Assembly (NCBI RefSeq): GCF_001447785.1
Contig: NW_015161948.1
Coordinates: 856,367 to 920,366, forward strand
Direction of reading: 5' to 3'
Source of the DNA: Gekko japonicus
Taxonomy: Eukaryota
Length of the DNA: 64,000 bases
Positions 35,581 to 47,300 of the stretch are shown here, one piece after another. Every line of letters starts with the position of its first letter. Position 1 is the first letter of the stretch. A program made the translations under genes and the position numbers. A model generated the notes under the pieces. That model made no database searches. It was not told the origin of the DNA and saw only the letters and a program-made list of their open reading frames with translations.

Positions 35581-36707
35581 CATCATCATCATCATCCAAG
35601 GATTTTTAGGGCAAGCCAGGATTTGAACCTGGTCTCTGCAGGTCTAGTACTGCCCTTTAACCACTACACCATACTCACTGTCGATATGATTCTATTCCTG
35701 TGGGAAATAAATAAAGTAGGCATGATGATAGTCTAATGTTGGCTGTGAAAGCAGCATGGGGGTTGGCTGCGTGAGGGTGTCATACAGACACGATCAGCAG
35801 ATGGTATATCACTATGCATCCACAGTTCTCCCCTCCCTTGTTTTATTCTCCCAGCAATTCAGTTAAGATGGTTAAACTGAGACTAGTTTAAGGTCAAACC
35901 AGTGAGCTTCATAAGGACTTGAATCCATGTCTTCCAGGTCCTAGTCTAACCCATACCTCACACTGACTCTCATTATCCGTTAAAAGTTGATGCACTACTA
36001 GTCTACCACTGAGCCGTCCTGTTGCTTTCCTCCCCAGGGCTCGCAGTGAACGTTATTTCGAGTTCCCTCTGTTGGAGAGGTACCTCACGTGCAAGCAGCG
36101 CTCCTACTACCTTGTTGGCATCTATGTGCTGAGGAACCTCCTCCTCCTGTTTCTCCTGGCTGCCACCTGTCTCTACTTGGGATACTGCCACGCGGTGGTG
36201 TTTTTCAAAGACGAGTTCAGCTGTTCAATAAAGACGGGGCTCCTAAAAGATGAGCCTCACGTCCCAGACTTTGTTCCTTGCAAACTGGTTTTCTTCTCCG
36301 TCTTCCAGCTGACCAGCATCTGCATTGGAGTGGTGTATGTCCTCCTGGGGCCAGTCATAATCTACCACTTGCTCCAGCTGTGTCAGTGGGACAAGCGGCT
36401 CTTGGCCATTTACGAGATGCTGCCGGCTTTCGACCTGCTCAGCAGAACCTGCCCTCTGAATGACCTAAACATCATCTTGCTGTTCCTGCGAGCCAATATC
36501 TCCGAAGTCAAGTCCTTCAGCAGGCTGAGCGTTCTCTGCACCCTGAGGGATGTCACAGCAGACAAGGAGAATATTGACACTGTGGTAGATTTCATGACCC
36601 TCCTTGCTGGCCTGGAGATGTCCAAGCCTAAACACAACTTCTGCTCATCAGGCACGGATGGAAACCCACCTCATTTGAACAGTGAAGCCGTGGGTAAGTG
36701 GCGTTAG
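26569..36707 (+). CDS. PANX3: Pannexin-3
   Basis: Exons 26569-26749 (181 nt), 32713-32855 (143), 34004-34218 (215), 36038-36693/36707; phases 1,0,2. MSIAHTAGEYMLSDALL, GSQISCFSPGNFT (N-glycosylation sequon), ELDKSYNRSIRLVQH, YFEFPLLERYL, NIDTVVDFMTLLAGLE..KPKH. Probably spliced to a fifth exon at 38841-38905. Confidence 0.96.
27344..27549 (+). mobile_element. hAT MITE family A
   Basis: Both TIRs; perfect TSD AGTAGGAC. Confidence 0.92.
28878..29634. other. Assembly gap
   Basis: Run of N after a (CA)n tract; further gaps at 39547-39610 and 55950-56010. Confidence 0.99.
32713..32855 (+). CDS. PANX3: PANX3 exon 2
   Basis: SQISCFSPGNFTGKQSAYVDAVCWDSLL; GTACTT donor. Confidence 0.94.
33693..33828. 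repeat. Perfect 31-bp inverted repeat with 74-bp spacer, LTR-end-like
   Basis: TGTTAGATCGCCGCTAACAAAGATCCGGAGA (33693-33723) and its exact reverse complement (33798-33828). Confidence 0.85.
34004..34218 (+). CDS. PANX3: PANX3 exon 3
   Basis: VFPYSLLVIAVAMYLPYLLW...; GTAAGC donor. Confidence 0.95.
35295..35596 (+). mobile_element. L2-type LINE 3' fragment ending in an (AAT)n(CAT)n microsatellite
   Basis: ORF-end remnant ACKTELF.QAFG*, TGTAACC..GCCCTGAGCC stem-loop, simple-repeat tail 35545-35596. Confidence 0.6.
36038..36693 (+). CDS. PANX3: PANX3 exon 4
   Basis: ARSERYFEFPLLERYL...; consensus donor G|GTAAGT at 36694, otherwise read-through stop at 36707. Confidence 0.93.
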
Positions 36708-36915
36708 GGCAGAGAGTCCAGTGTTCCCCACTTTCGAGGATGATGGCCAGAATCCAACACCAAACCCTTCTATTACATTTTTAATCTCATCCCTCTGAGG
36801 GTCATCATACCTGGCTCTCCTCTTGGTCTTCTCAACAATCCTGTGAGGTAGGTTAGGCCTAGGGTCAGAGACTGGCCCAAGGTCATCTGGCAAGGTTCAT
36901 GACTGAGCAAGGATT

Positions 36916-37152
36916 TGAACTGTGTCTCCCCAGTTCTAGACTGAAACTCCAACCATTACACCACTCCAGCCCACAATTGTCATCCACACCTCCAACCACC
37001 ACCATCTTTTTTCTCCTCTTACTTTGTTTCCCCTCTGAACTGTGTCTCCCCAGTTCTAGACTGACACGCCAGCCATTACACCACTCCAGCTCACAATTGT
37101 CATCCACACCTCCCCCCCCCCATCTTTTTTCTCCTCTTACTGTGTTTCCCCT
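36916..37152. repeat. 120-bp tandem duplication
   Basis: TGAACTGTGTCTCCCCAGTTCTAGACTGA... starts at 36916 and 37036. Confidence 0.9.
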
Positions 37153-38840
37153 GTTAAAATTTGGATGGTCCCTCCACTTTGTTGCTGGAAAGATATCTGC
37201 ATTAAAGCTGCACCAAACTGCAGACCCTGATTTTTAAACCAGTAGGGGGATATGCATACACACACTGTTCCATTTTTGGGTTGCACATTTCCTAACTCTA
37301 CCGTCCATTAATATATACATGTCCTAGCTTTGATTTGCCCATTCTTGTCCCAGTTAGAAGCAGAAACATCTTTACACTCTGGGCCCAGGTCGATCTGATG
37401 ACAAGGGTTAGAATGGAAAAGGAGTCTCAGCATCCAGTTTGAGAAGATGACATTGATACTGCAGTCTTAGGCATACTTTTAGGGTGTAAATCCCATTTAA
37501 CATACTTGACTTGCTTCTGAGTAAAGATGCTTAGGATCATACTATACATGTGTGGAGAAAATCAAGCTGTGGGTTCCATGACTTTTCAGTGTTTGGGGTG
37601 TGAACAGCATTTGTCATTCACAAGAAGCCACTTAGGAAGTTAGAGAAAGCGATGGGAGGCAACATTACATAACCCTTTCCCCTTATGTTAGGAATGTATT
37701 TTAAGCAAGTATAGAACTTGACACAAACTCTTGCAGCCAGAGAATATTCACGTTTTCTGCAAGTAGCTTTTAGCGGGAGAGAGCTGATGTGGCTGTGAAT
37801 AGTACGAGTTGGACAACACAGAGCTTAAAGCTCAAGCCCCAAAATATTTATTTGTTGCGGAGAGGCTGCCACCAGCACAGCAAATGTTAGCTGAGGAGAC
37901 ATTTTACTTGAGGAGGTTGTCCTTCGTAGGGCAGCGATGAAAGTAATGCCTGTGCTGAGACCCCTGTCCATGGCACAATGTGCAGTCCAGACGGGCCTTA
38001 GCCCAGAAGAGAGGCATTTTGAGGGTACGGCTGGCTGCCTGTTTTGCTACTGAAAGGGCACTAAAAGCTGTTTATGCCATTAAAATGACTAAAAACAGCA
38101 AATACTGTAAACAAAACAAAACCAATAATCAGCAGCAGCTTAAAAATAATTTTTAAACACTGTGAGCTGGAAAACATACGATAAAGGCAGCAGCAACAAA
38201 ATCCACCATCAGCGACAGAAAGGCCGACAGTCCAGATTACACAAAGAAGGAGGGGATACAGAAAGCCCCCTGGAACAGAACAGTTAACAAGGAAGCTGCC
38301 TTGTACTGAATCAGACCATTGGTCCATCGTGGTCAGGATTGTCCATTCAGACTGGCAGCAGCTCTTCAGGGTCTCAGGTGGAGGTCTTTCACAGCAGCTC
38401 CAACCTGATCTTTTCAACTGGAGATGCCAGGGATTGAACCTGGGACCTTCTGCATATGAAGCCAAGGCTTTCCTACTGAGCCACAGTCCCTCCCCAAGCC
38501 ACAGCTTCTCTCCCAGTTCCCATGAGTCTCTGGAAAGCTAGAAGTCAGAAGGTATGACAAGTCTCCTGTGGCAGGGAATTCTGCAGGGGGGGGGGCACAC
38601 AGTCCTGGAGCCCTGCCCACCTTTCTTCTGTTGGAGCTGGCACACCAGCAGGGCACCAGTGGCTGATCTCAGAGCACTGTCTCTGTGCCACAGGCTAGGT
38701 CAGAGGGCTTTCCTGCTTCTCCCTTGGTACACTACAAACACTCCCCCTCCCTTTTCTGTGCTATTTGAAGCACCCACAGAATGGCCATCTACAAGACACA
38801 GCATCATTTTAACATCTCAAACTTTCTTCCTTGTACCTAG

Positions 38841-38905
38841 ACATGAAGCCCACCCATGAAGCTAAAGAAAATTGCAACAACGTGCCATCCTTGACCCTTG
38901 CTTGA
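38841..38905 (+). CDS. PANX3: Probable PANX3 exon 5
   Basis: Strong acceptor CTTTCTTCCTTGTACCTAG; phase 1 matches; encodes DMKPTHEAKENCNNVPSLTLA*. Confidence 0.55.
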
Positions 38906-41089
38906 CTCGAAGGAGCAGCAGTCAGCAAAGCCATCGGGACAGATTAATAGTGCTGGAATGCAGAAGAGGACAGCCAAACATCTCACTCTTAAATACTGGC
39001 AATGGTAAACTGCTGTGTGCTATAAGTCATACTGGCCCCAATGGACTGGTGCAGCAATCTGAAAGCACTATCCAAATTGCTTGTTTACTGGCTACCAAGC
39101 CCATAGCATTTAATATGTTACCAATTTTTTTTGAGACAATGGCAAGTGCCTTTATGTTGTTTTTCTGTTTGTGATTTAATGTTCTCACAATATTAGGGCT
39201 GTCACTTTATTATTATTACTTTGGTATGGTCTTGTATCTTTAATAGCTACCTGCAAAAAGATATTCAACAGGTACAGGCTTCCTTACATGGAGGAGTCAT
39301 GCCAAACATGATTTCCCTGTTCCCAGTATATTATTTTATTCAACAGGTACAGGCTTCCTTACATGATTTCCCTGTTCCCAGTATATTATCTTGACTGTTG
39401 CATGGAAGGCTGGGGAAATGGCAACCCTAAATTGTGGGCAAAAGTAATCTTCTCTCTTTATCTTAATTCTCTCAGGATCTATCAAATTTCATATTCACCA
39501 GGTAAAAACGTGTCCCTTTATGTGTTTTAGACATGTGAACCGTGTTNNNNNNNNNNNNNNNNNNNNNNNNNNNNNNNNNNNNNNNNNNNNNNNNNNNNNN
39601 NNNNNNNNNNACCTCCTGTGCATAAGGCAGTCCTGGGTTCAAATTCTGGCATCTCCAAATAAAGGATCTCAGGTAATAGGTGTTAGGGAAAGCCTTTCTC
39701 TGCCCAAGACTCTGGAGTGCTGCTGCCAGGCAGAGTAAACAATACTGAGCTAAATGGACCAATTCTACAGCAGCTTCATTTATGTTCTACCCTGAGCTCT
39801 ACTCTGCAGCTGGTTTATACATCAAGACTTACTGTTGAATACATCCAAAAATGTTTTTTATAAACTTTTTGCTAATAGCTTTTAACAACATGCAAGACAT
39901 TGTTTTAAACGTCTCAAAAGATCATTTTATTCCTTTAATATCAAGGGGGAGATCATCAAGTTTGGCTACCCAGAAACTCTCAACTGGCAATTCTTGAAGA
40001 AATTATTTATAGACAACAGCTCTTAACTTACACAACTGAAATAAATTATGCAAACTCACGCAACTTGCAGAGCAGCTCTTACTGTGGTTTTTAAGGGTGT
40101 TTTGTTTCTCCGCTCACTTGTTTGTATGAGAGGATGGTGTAGGTAATGCTGAGCTACCTTCACGCCAATCACTTGGATTTTCTGTACTGACCTTTTTATA
40201 CTTTGTATGTGAAGTGACCTTAAATCCACATTGTGAGTTCTCAGCTGTGCAGAATTTCAGAAAGGATGGATAAGATTTAAATCCACAATTTGAGCCAAGT
40301 TTCTAATACATATGTTTTCCAATCAAGCAATCCAACTGGCTGCTTTTAAGAATGAAAACATTTTTTCTTTAATTAGAGCTTTTATACTATTCCAAAATCT
40401 CTGGGCATACAGCACAGCTGCCTTTTCACAATACAGAATTTATATTTGCTTAAGACAGGGGAGCAATTAGGAAATTAAGGATTTCTGCCTTGTGCTCTCT
40501 CTGTACTTATAAGGACACCAAGCAAGAGAAGTTATGAAAAGGCTAAGTACCCCGTACTTTTTGGAAGCACAGGATGGTATTTTCTGGGTGGAATAGTCTT
40601 TCAGAAGGACAGTTTTGAAAAAGAGAATGTGTAGATTAACATGTTTATTTTAAAATGAACTCTACATTGAATGCAGTTGTAAGGGACATTTAATGGAACC
40701 AACAAGTTTTTAAAAAGCTAAAATCCAATTTAAATGACAAAGCAGATAAAACACAGGTTCGTTTTTTTTCTGAAGCCCCTCTTTTGACAGCACCTTTGGT
40801 TTTTCACTCTCTGTCTTTGACCAGCCTTTGGCTGCAGATGAGTCACTATCTGGCACATTTTGAATTTAAGAAGTATAAATGCCCTCAAACACAATTTCAC
40901 ATATATCCATCACTGAAGAGCATGAGAGCTGTGAACTACTGTACCCTGTACTACCTATATTTATTTCTGACATTTGAAAAGCAATGAAAAAAGAAAAACC
41001 ATGAAGCATTTTAGAAAACAAAAAGCAATGAAAAAAGAAAAACCATGAAGCGTTTTAGAAAACAAAACATGGTTTATTTAGTGGGTCTT

Positions 41090-41268
41090 GGATTCAGGTA
41101 GTTAGTTGTGTTGGTCTGAGGCAACAGAACAAAGTTTGAGTCCAGTGGCACCTTTAAGACCAACAAATTTTAATTCTGGGTATAAGCTTTCATGTGCATC
41201 ACGAAAGCTTATACCCAGAATTAAACTTTGTTAGTTTTAAAGATGCCACTGGACTCAAACTTTGTTCT
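41090..41268. mobile_element. Penelope-derived fold-back palindrome
   Basis: AGAACAAAGTTTGAGTCCAGTGGCACCTTTAAGACCAACAAA...AAGCTTT and its inverse; related pieces at ~58378-58582, ~30815-30945, ~60640-60720. Confidence 0.65.
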
Positions 41269-43531
41269 TTTTATTAAGTCTTAGAAACAGTCTTTGTACT
41301 ACAAGCAGATTTTGATATTGAGTTAAATTACTAAAGCTACCAACTTCTTCAGTAGTGCATTATTATACTCATGCTACGTTATTAATTATGGACAAAATTA
41401 GTTTTCTGTAAAACTAGAAGCCTATGTTCAAGGATAGGTTATCTGCCCACAGAATAGAGGAGTCACACAAGACATACTGAACAGTTCTGAGAAAGCATTT
41501 CAGTGAGTAAATATCTGGAATGAATGAAATGCTGTATAGCAATTTTTCCCCAACCCAGAATTCAGTTTTTCAATTGGGAAAAAATTAATAATAATTTACC
41601 TGGGCCTTCACATCTTTTCTGAAGCTATTAATGATCAGTTTCATGATCAATTGAAGGCTACGATACTCAAAATATCAGATTTCCTTCACTTAATATAGCC
41701 TTTACAGCCCCCTGAAGAAAGGTTTTTCATTTTTAAAGGCTAAATATGACCTCAGGAGCAGACTGCAGAAAGGAAACCACATCATCCTTAAACTGTAGCT
41801 CTGGTCCTGAAAAGCCTCTTAACACCTTACTCATCTTGCCTCCTGTGCATTCACTAAAATCCAGTGAACTTAGCAACAGGAGCAAGCTGTTCCTCCTTTC
41901 TGCTCTGGTTAGCATGACAGGAACAATCACAGCTGAGTGCAAAAGGCTGGCTTGTCGCTCCTCTAAAACAGACGCGCAATCACTTCCACTTGGGTGGCGG
42001 AGCCAGGGCAACCAAGGTCCACTGCTGGAGAAACTGTCTCAGCTCCAGGTCAGGATTTTGGTGGCGCCAGCTACAAAGCAATGCACTTGTCTTTGTAAAG
42101 CAGACAACACAGTGACACAAATTGGGCTTTTAAAATAGAACTTAGTCCAAGTGGAACCAAGTTGTTCTCAGCATTTAATGTTCTTAAAAGACTTAGGCGT
42201 GGAGAGGTTGCAGGTAGCTGTGGTGATCGAAAGCAAAATCCAAAATTAAACACTGCACAATACCTTTTATTAAAACCAACCAAAATGACACAGAACAGTA
42301 TGGGTTGGATTCAGTAAAATTTTCCAGCAGCAGAAGTTTTCTGCAGAATCCCCCCCCCCCTCCAGTCCAGCGATTATGAAATGATAATACTGGGGAGGGT
42401 AGTAACTGCAGAGGGAAAGGTAAATTGTTCGGAGTCATTTTGATAAAAGGTATTAATGTGACTTTTGTTGTTTGGCAGTCAGACATGAAGCTCACTAGGA
42501 GACTTTGGACCAGTTTCTCAGCAGAATGCTACCTCACAGTGTTGTCGTGAAGACATAACAGAATAATATATACCATGTATTTTGCCCTGAGTTCCCTGGT
42601 GGAGGGACCAGAATAGAGGTGTGCTTTTTTCCAATAAGCCAGGGCCATTTCTTGTTTTAAGGGGGATCAATTTATTGCAGTCCTTTTTATCACCTATGTA
42701 TATGGACCAAAAACTACAACTGAAAACACAAGGATTGCCTAAAGAGCTAACACAGTCAAAGGAATTATATTAGACTAGATTTTTTGAAAATTTTGTATCC
42801 CAACTTTATTTTAAAAAGCAGCTTGAAGTACAAAAGAATAAAAGATGTTCTATTTCACAGTTTATTTCACAGGCCATCTAGTCCAACCCCCTGCTCAATG
42901 CAGGATCAGCCTGGCTATTTTTAGCTATTCTGTAAAAACAGTAATAAAAGCAGTCCATAAAACATCAGCCAATAAGATTTTTTAAAAATCAGTCAATAAA
43001 AATCATAGAAGTGATACCAACAAACCCCCTAGAATGGATTAAACAGGTCAAAAGATAAAAAACCATCAAATGTCCTCCCAAACAAAGGTGACTTGGATCA
43101 GAACTCCAAAAGCAAAGGGGTGAACATTTTGAGACAGGAGTTCCATAGTCTGGGGGCACCACATGAAAGGCCTTGCTCCACAAGTGTGCCAATAATTTCT
43201 TCTTACAGTGTGTGCCATGGGAGTACCAGCAGATCCTAGCTCACTTGGCATGCAGGCTTTATTAAAATTAGGCCTACTCCTTTCACATTGAAGAGAAAGA
43301 ATTTTAGCAGGGTAGTCTTCTTTCATTATGATGTTGTACCTGCTCACAGATAAAAGCAGGCATGGGAGAAGGCAGCCAGCCAGCTAGGTTCAAGCATCAT
43401 GATGACCCAATAATTATAAGTGTCCAATTTCTTTTTGCTATTTCTAGTATGCCTTTTGTAAGTACAGTGCGGGGGTGCATGCGATGGGCTGGCACAAGGC
43501 ATGCCTGATCTCTGGTGTAGTTTCTCTAAAG

Positions 43532-43956
43532 CAGGGATGTCGAACTCATTTGTTATGAGGGCTGGATCTGACATAAATGAGACCTTGTTGGGCCGGGCCA
43601 TGTGTGTCATAAATTGTAATGCCAGGTAGCGGAGATATAAACTTTATAAAGGACACAAACACAAAGGGTTTTTTTTACTTAAAATAAAAACATGCTTAAA
43701 ACATTAGCTCTGTAAGCTGCAAACCTACTTTTGATTTATTGACATTCATCACAGAAATCTCATGCTCAGAGTTCTGAGTCTAGGACCCAGGTTAAAACAT
43801 GAAATGGCTGAGTGATTAAGAGAGTCTGGCAAAGCAAGCTATGATGCAGCAGCAGCAGAAGAACTGGAAGCAGGAGACGGCCAGTTCCACTGCGGGCCTG
43901 GTGGAAGCTCTCCGGGGACCTGATCTGCCCGCTGGGCCGCATGTTTGACACCCCTG
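43532..43956. mobile_element. Charlie-like hAT non-autonomous element
   Basis: TIRs CAGGGATGTCGAAC / GTTTGACACCCCTG; perfect TSD CTCTAAAG. Confidence 0.88.
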
Positions 43957-44158
43957 CTCTAAAGTGTTTGTTTTAATGTGTCTTGTTGATTGGCACAAGG
44001 TGGTACAGGTAATATAGCAAGCACTAATTCTTAGCAGCCACCACCTGTAGGTCTAGTGATTCTGCATGGATTGATTAGCCTTTTTGTTAATTTATTTATT
44101 TATAGTGGTGGATGGGAACAAAACAGGAGCTCATCGGTCTGACACCACCCACTCCCAC

Positions 44159-44395
44159 TCATGACACAACCCAACTAGGGTTATTGTGAGAAAATGAAAT
44201 GAATGGAGGGGCAGGCAATGACTGCAAGTTGTAAAGGGGACACTGTTTGTAGTCACAAGGCCACTCAGTCCATGCATAGCGCAGGCCAGTCACTGTTTCA
44301 GGGCAAGCTATGTTCTGTAGAGAAACTGTGCGGAAGGAGGCAGTTCTGATAGCTATTGTGTTCCACTCACACAGAGCTGGGTCAGAGCAGCATAC
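44159..44395 (-). CDS. SIAE: SIAE terminal exon
   Basis: VCCSD...LRYAWTEWPCDYKQCPLYN..LPAPPF; stop at 44159-44161; minus-strand AATAAA ~44091-44100. Confidence 0.9.
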   Translation of the reverse strand, partial: VCCSDPALCEWNTIAIRTASFRTVSLQNIACPETVTGLRYAWTEWPCDYKQCPLYNLQSLPAPPFISFSHNNPSWVVS

Positions 44396-47300
44396 CTGCC
44401 AGAGAGAGAGAGACAGAACACTCACTCAAACCTGGTTGGTGTCTGGAGCATTGAAATTAACAACATGGAACAGCCAAGTCACTCCACTAGTGTGGCAACT
44501 TCTCAATGTCTGGCAGGTGCCTGGCCTATGACTGAATCTCTAGATGTTTTAGTTTTTATTGAAAAGGCGTGTAGGAAATTCCGTTGGATTGAACAATAAC
44601 AGTGGGAAGGGAGTGCTTAACCCTTTTCACAGTCCAACACTCCTCCCCTCCATAATCTGCTCTCAGACCTATATTTTTCACCAGCAGGGCTAACAGAAGC
44701 CGAGGAGAGGAGTTAGAGTAGGACAATAATGCCAGGGAGGAGTTATGGAACATATGAAGGCCTGGGTATATTAAAGACCTATAAAACTGCTCTATATTGA
44801 GTCCAACCATTGGCTTGTCTATCTGTGTATTTTATTTATTTATTTAAAACATTGGTTGCCTTTCTACCTTGCAAACTTCATTTAGCAGCACAGTGGGCTT
44901 GCAATGTAAATAAAACAATTATTATTTTAAAAACACGTAAAAAATCACAATACGTGTATTCTCAGGGCTCTCCAGGATCTCAGGCTGGGAAAGATCTTCC
45001 CCCAACATCTACTAGAGATGCTATAGACTGTAGTTTGAACCCTTATGTGGAACCTAAGCATGTGGTCACAGCAACCTTGTGAGGTTTGCCATAGGCCAAA
45101 GCTTTCTGACTCACCAGGGATCTGTACCTAGCCCTTCAGATCCACACATGCCATTTCCAGCATTATGAACTTTATCAGCTTTATACCAATATAGCTGCCA
45201 GTGCATCCACCAAAGTCCCTTGGGAACTGTAGAATGGTTGTGAGCAATGCTCCCTCTAAGCTGTGGAGTCTTGTGAGCAAAAATTCTACTTTGTGAGCTA
45301 CTGGCATTAAAGTTGTGAGCGAGCAATTTGGCTACTGCATAAATTAGTTTGCTCTGGAGCCATCCTTCCTGAGCTAAGACAAAAATGTGTGAACTGGAGG
45401 CTAAAAAACTGTGAGCTAGCTCAAACTAATCCCTTGGGAACTGTAGAATGGTTGTGAGTGTGGAATACAATCCGCCTTACTGTTTCTCACAGGACCAGAG
45501 GTCCTTGAATAGCAACCAGTGTGACTGTGTGCCATTCCCATGAAGTACAGGATATAAACAGCACTTCCCTGCTAACTCTTACCTCAAATACCTTGCTGTC
45601 CATGTGGTGGAGATGGATATTTTGATTGTAGGTAACATTCAGAATCTTAAGGGCTGCATCCACTAGCACCTGTTCAGGGTATGGGCCTTGGAAGGTCACG
45701 TTCTCTTTACCATAAGCCACTGCCAGAGCCCCAAGGTGCAATCTATAGGCCACGCTCTGTTTATCACGGGGGTGGATACTATAAAGCAAGAAAAAAAACA
45801 TATATTTTGGTTCTCACTTGAAACACTCCATTTCCAGTCCTCACAGCTACAAAGAAGTGTGTGAGTGTGCATGCACAGAGACAGACAGACAGTGTGTATG
45901 TTTCTCATGGAGGCTTGGAACCTACCAGAATTTACTACTTGAGTAAACCTGCTTTTTTTCTACTAGCAGTCATCCAGATGCAACTTCCAGGGCTAGATCA
46001 TGTCTGTCTCCTCCTCCCTTTGCCATTCCATTATCCCCCAATAAGGAGGCCAATGGATGGGGATGAAGCTGGAAACTGCCGTCGGATTAGGTTCTTATAT
46101 TTAGAAGGGATCAGGGTGCCCTTTGATGGTCCCCATTCTTCTGTACATCTTTCCACACGTGTATTATAAGCTATTAGACTGTCTCTCTCTTACACCAATC
46201 CTTAATGGAATAGACAGCAGCTGCTCTAGAACCGTTACAGCTGCTTGGGAGGGCCTGGACGACCTAAAACAAGGGGAGCTTCCTTACCTGCCATAGGGAG
46301 ATGAACCGTCACAGAGGTCTAAGGCAACAGCCATAAAAGTATTGGGCATTTTCGTATTAGGGACATAGCCGTAGTCTGCTGTTTGATGCCATCGGATACG
46401 TGGAAAGCTGTCATCAATCTCTACTAGACGATCTGTAGATAACTGCAAAACAGGAACAGCTGAAACCTACCTGAAGTTGGAGATCACATAATCCTTCTAG
46501 GCTATAATCCCATTATTCCTGCTGCCATGAAAGGATGGCTCAGTGAAAGTCATGAAAGACATGCCACACATCCATTCTGGGGTTACAACTGTGACCCTGG
46601 AGGCAGAGGTCATGTTAGGGTGTTGATGCCGAGAAGGTTGCACAACTGTCCGCCTTCCAATAAATGTCAAAGCCTAGTCCAGAATGTCAAGAGGGCACAG
46701 CTTTCCCAACGACCTAGCAAACAGGTCCTAGAGTACAGCTGGAAGGCACATGATACAGCATCCTCAATGAAGCTGAGCGGGCATAAGCCTCACTTGGATG
46801 GGAGACCTCCTGGGAATGTTTGCATTAGTGCAAGTTATAAATGCAACAAACTATTAATGTAGCCTTCCTAGACAGAAATATCACCGTCTGCATCATTTGC
46901 ATTGTATAGTTAAGGAACAATATTGGCTTCATAAAGCTACCAATATATTAGGAAGCTGCTATTGTGAATGGAACTACATGTTTCATAGGTCTCAACGCTG
47001 CCAGTGAAAATGGCACCCACATGTTGAATCCCACTAGCCTCATCACATATTAGCAGCAGCAAATAATGCTAGTTAGGAGTGAGGACAGGGACAAAATGGA
47101 AGGTATCAGGACATAGAATAAGTGGTTTTATACTATACTGAGGAAATATACGGGGATCTCTTCTTTTATTGGTTAGTATTAGTCATGTACGGAAAGTGAC
47201 ACACAGTCCTATCCCTCATTCTGCTGACCATCCTCAGGCATGAGAAGAGTCAGTCTTTGTTGTGTGCAAGCACTCACCAAGGTTAAAGATGCAGGAAATC

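Noticed and set aside
37354-37443. Alternative PANX3 exon 5 acceptors (CCCAG/TTAG)
   Set aside because: Weaker context and no resemblance to a pannexin tail compared with 38841; not excluded.
42168-42217. Possible extra SIAE terminal exon (TTCNLSTPKSFKNIKC*) in phase with a GT at 44175
   Set aside because: The donor CTA|GTTGGG is weak and exon 10 already has a stop and nearby AATAAA; unsupported without transcripts.
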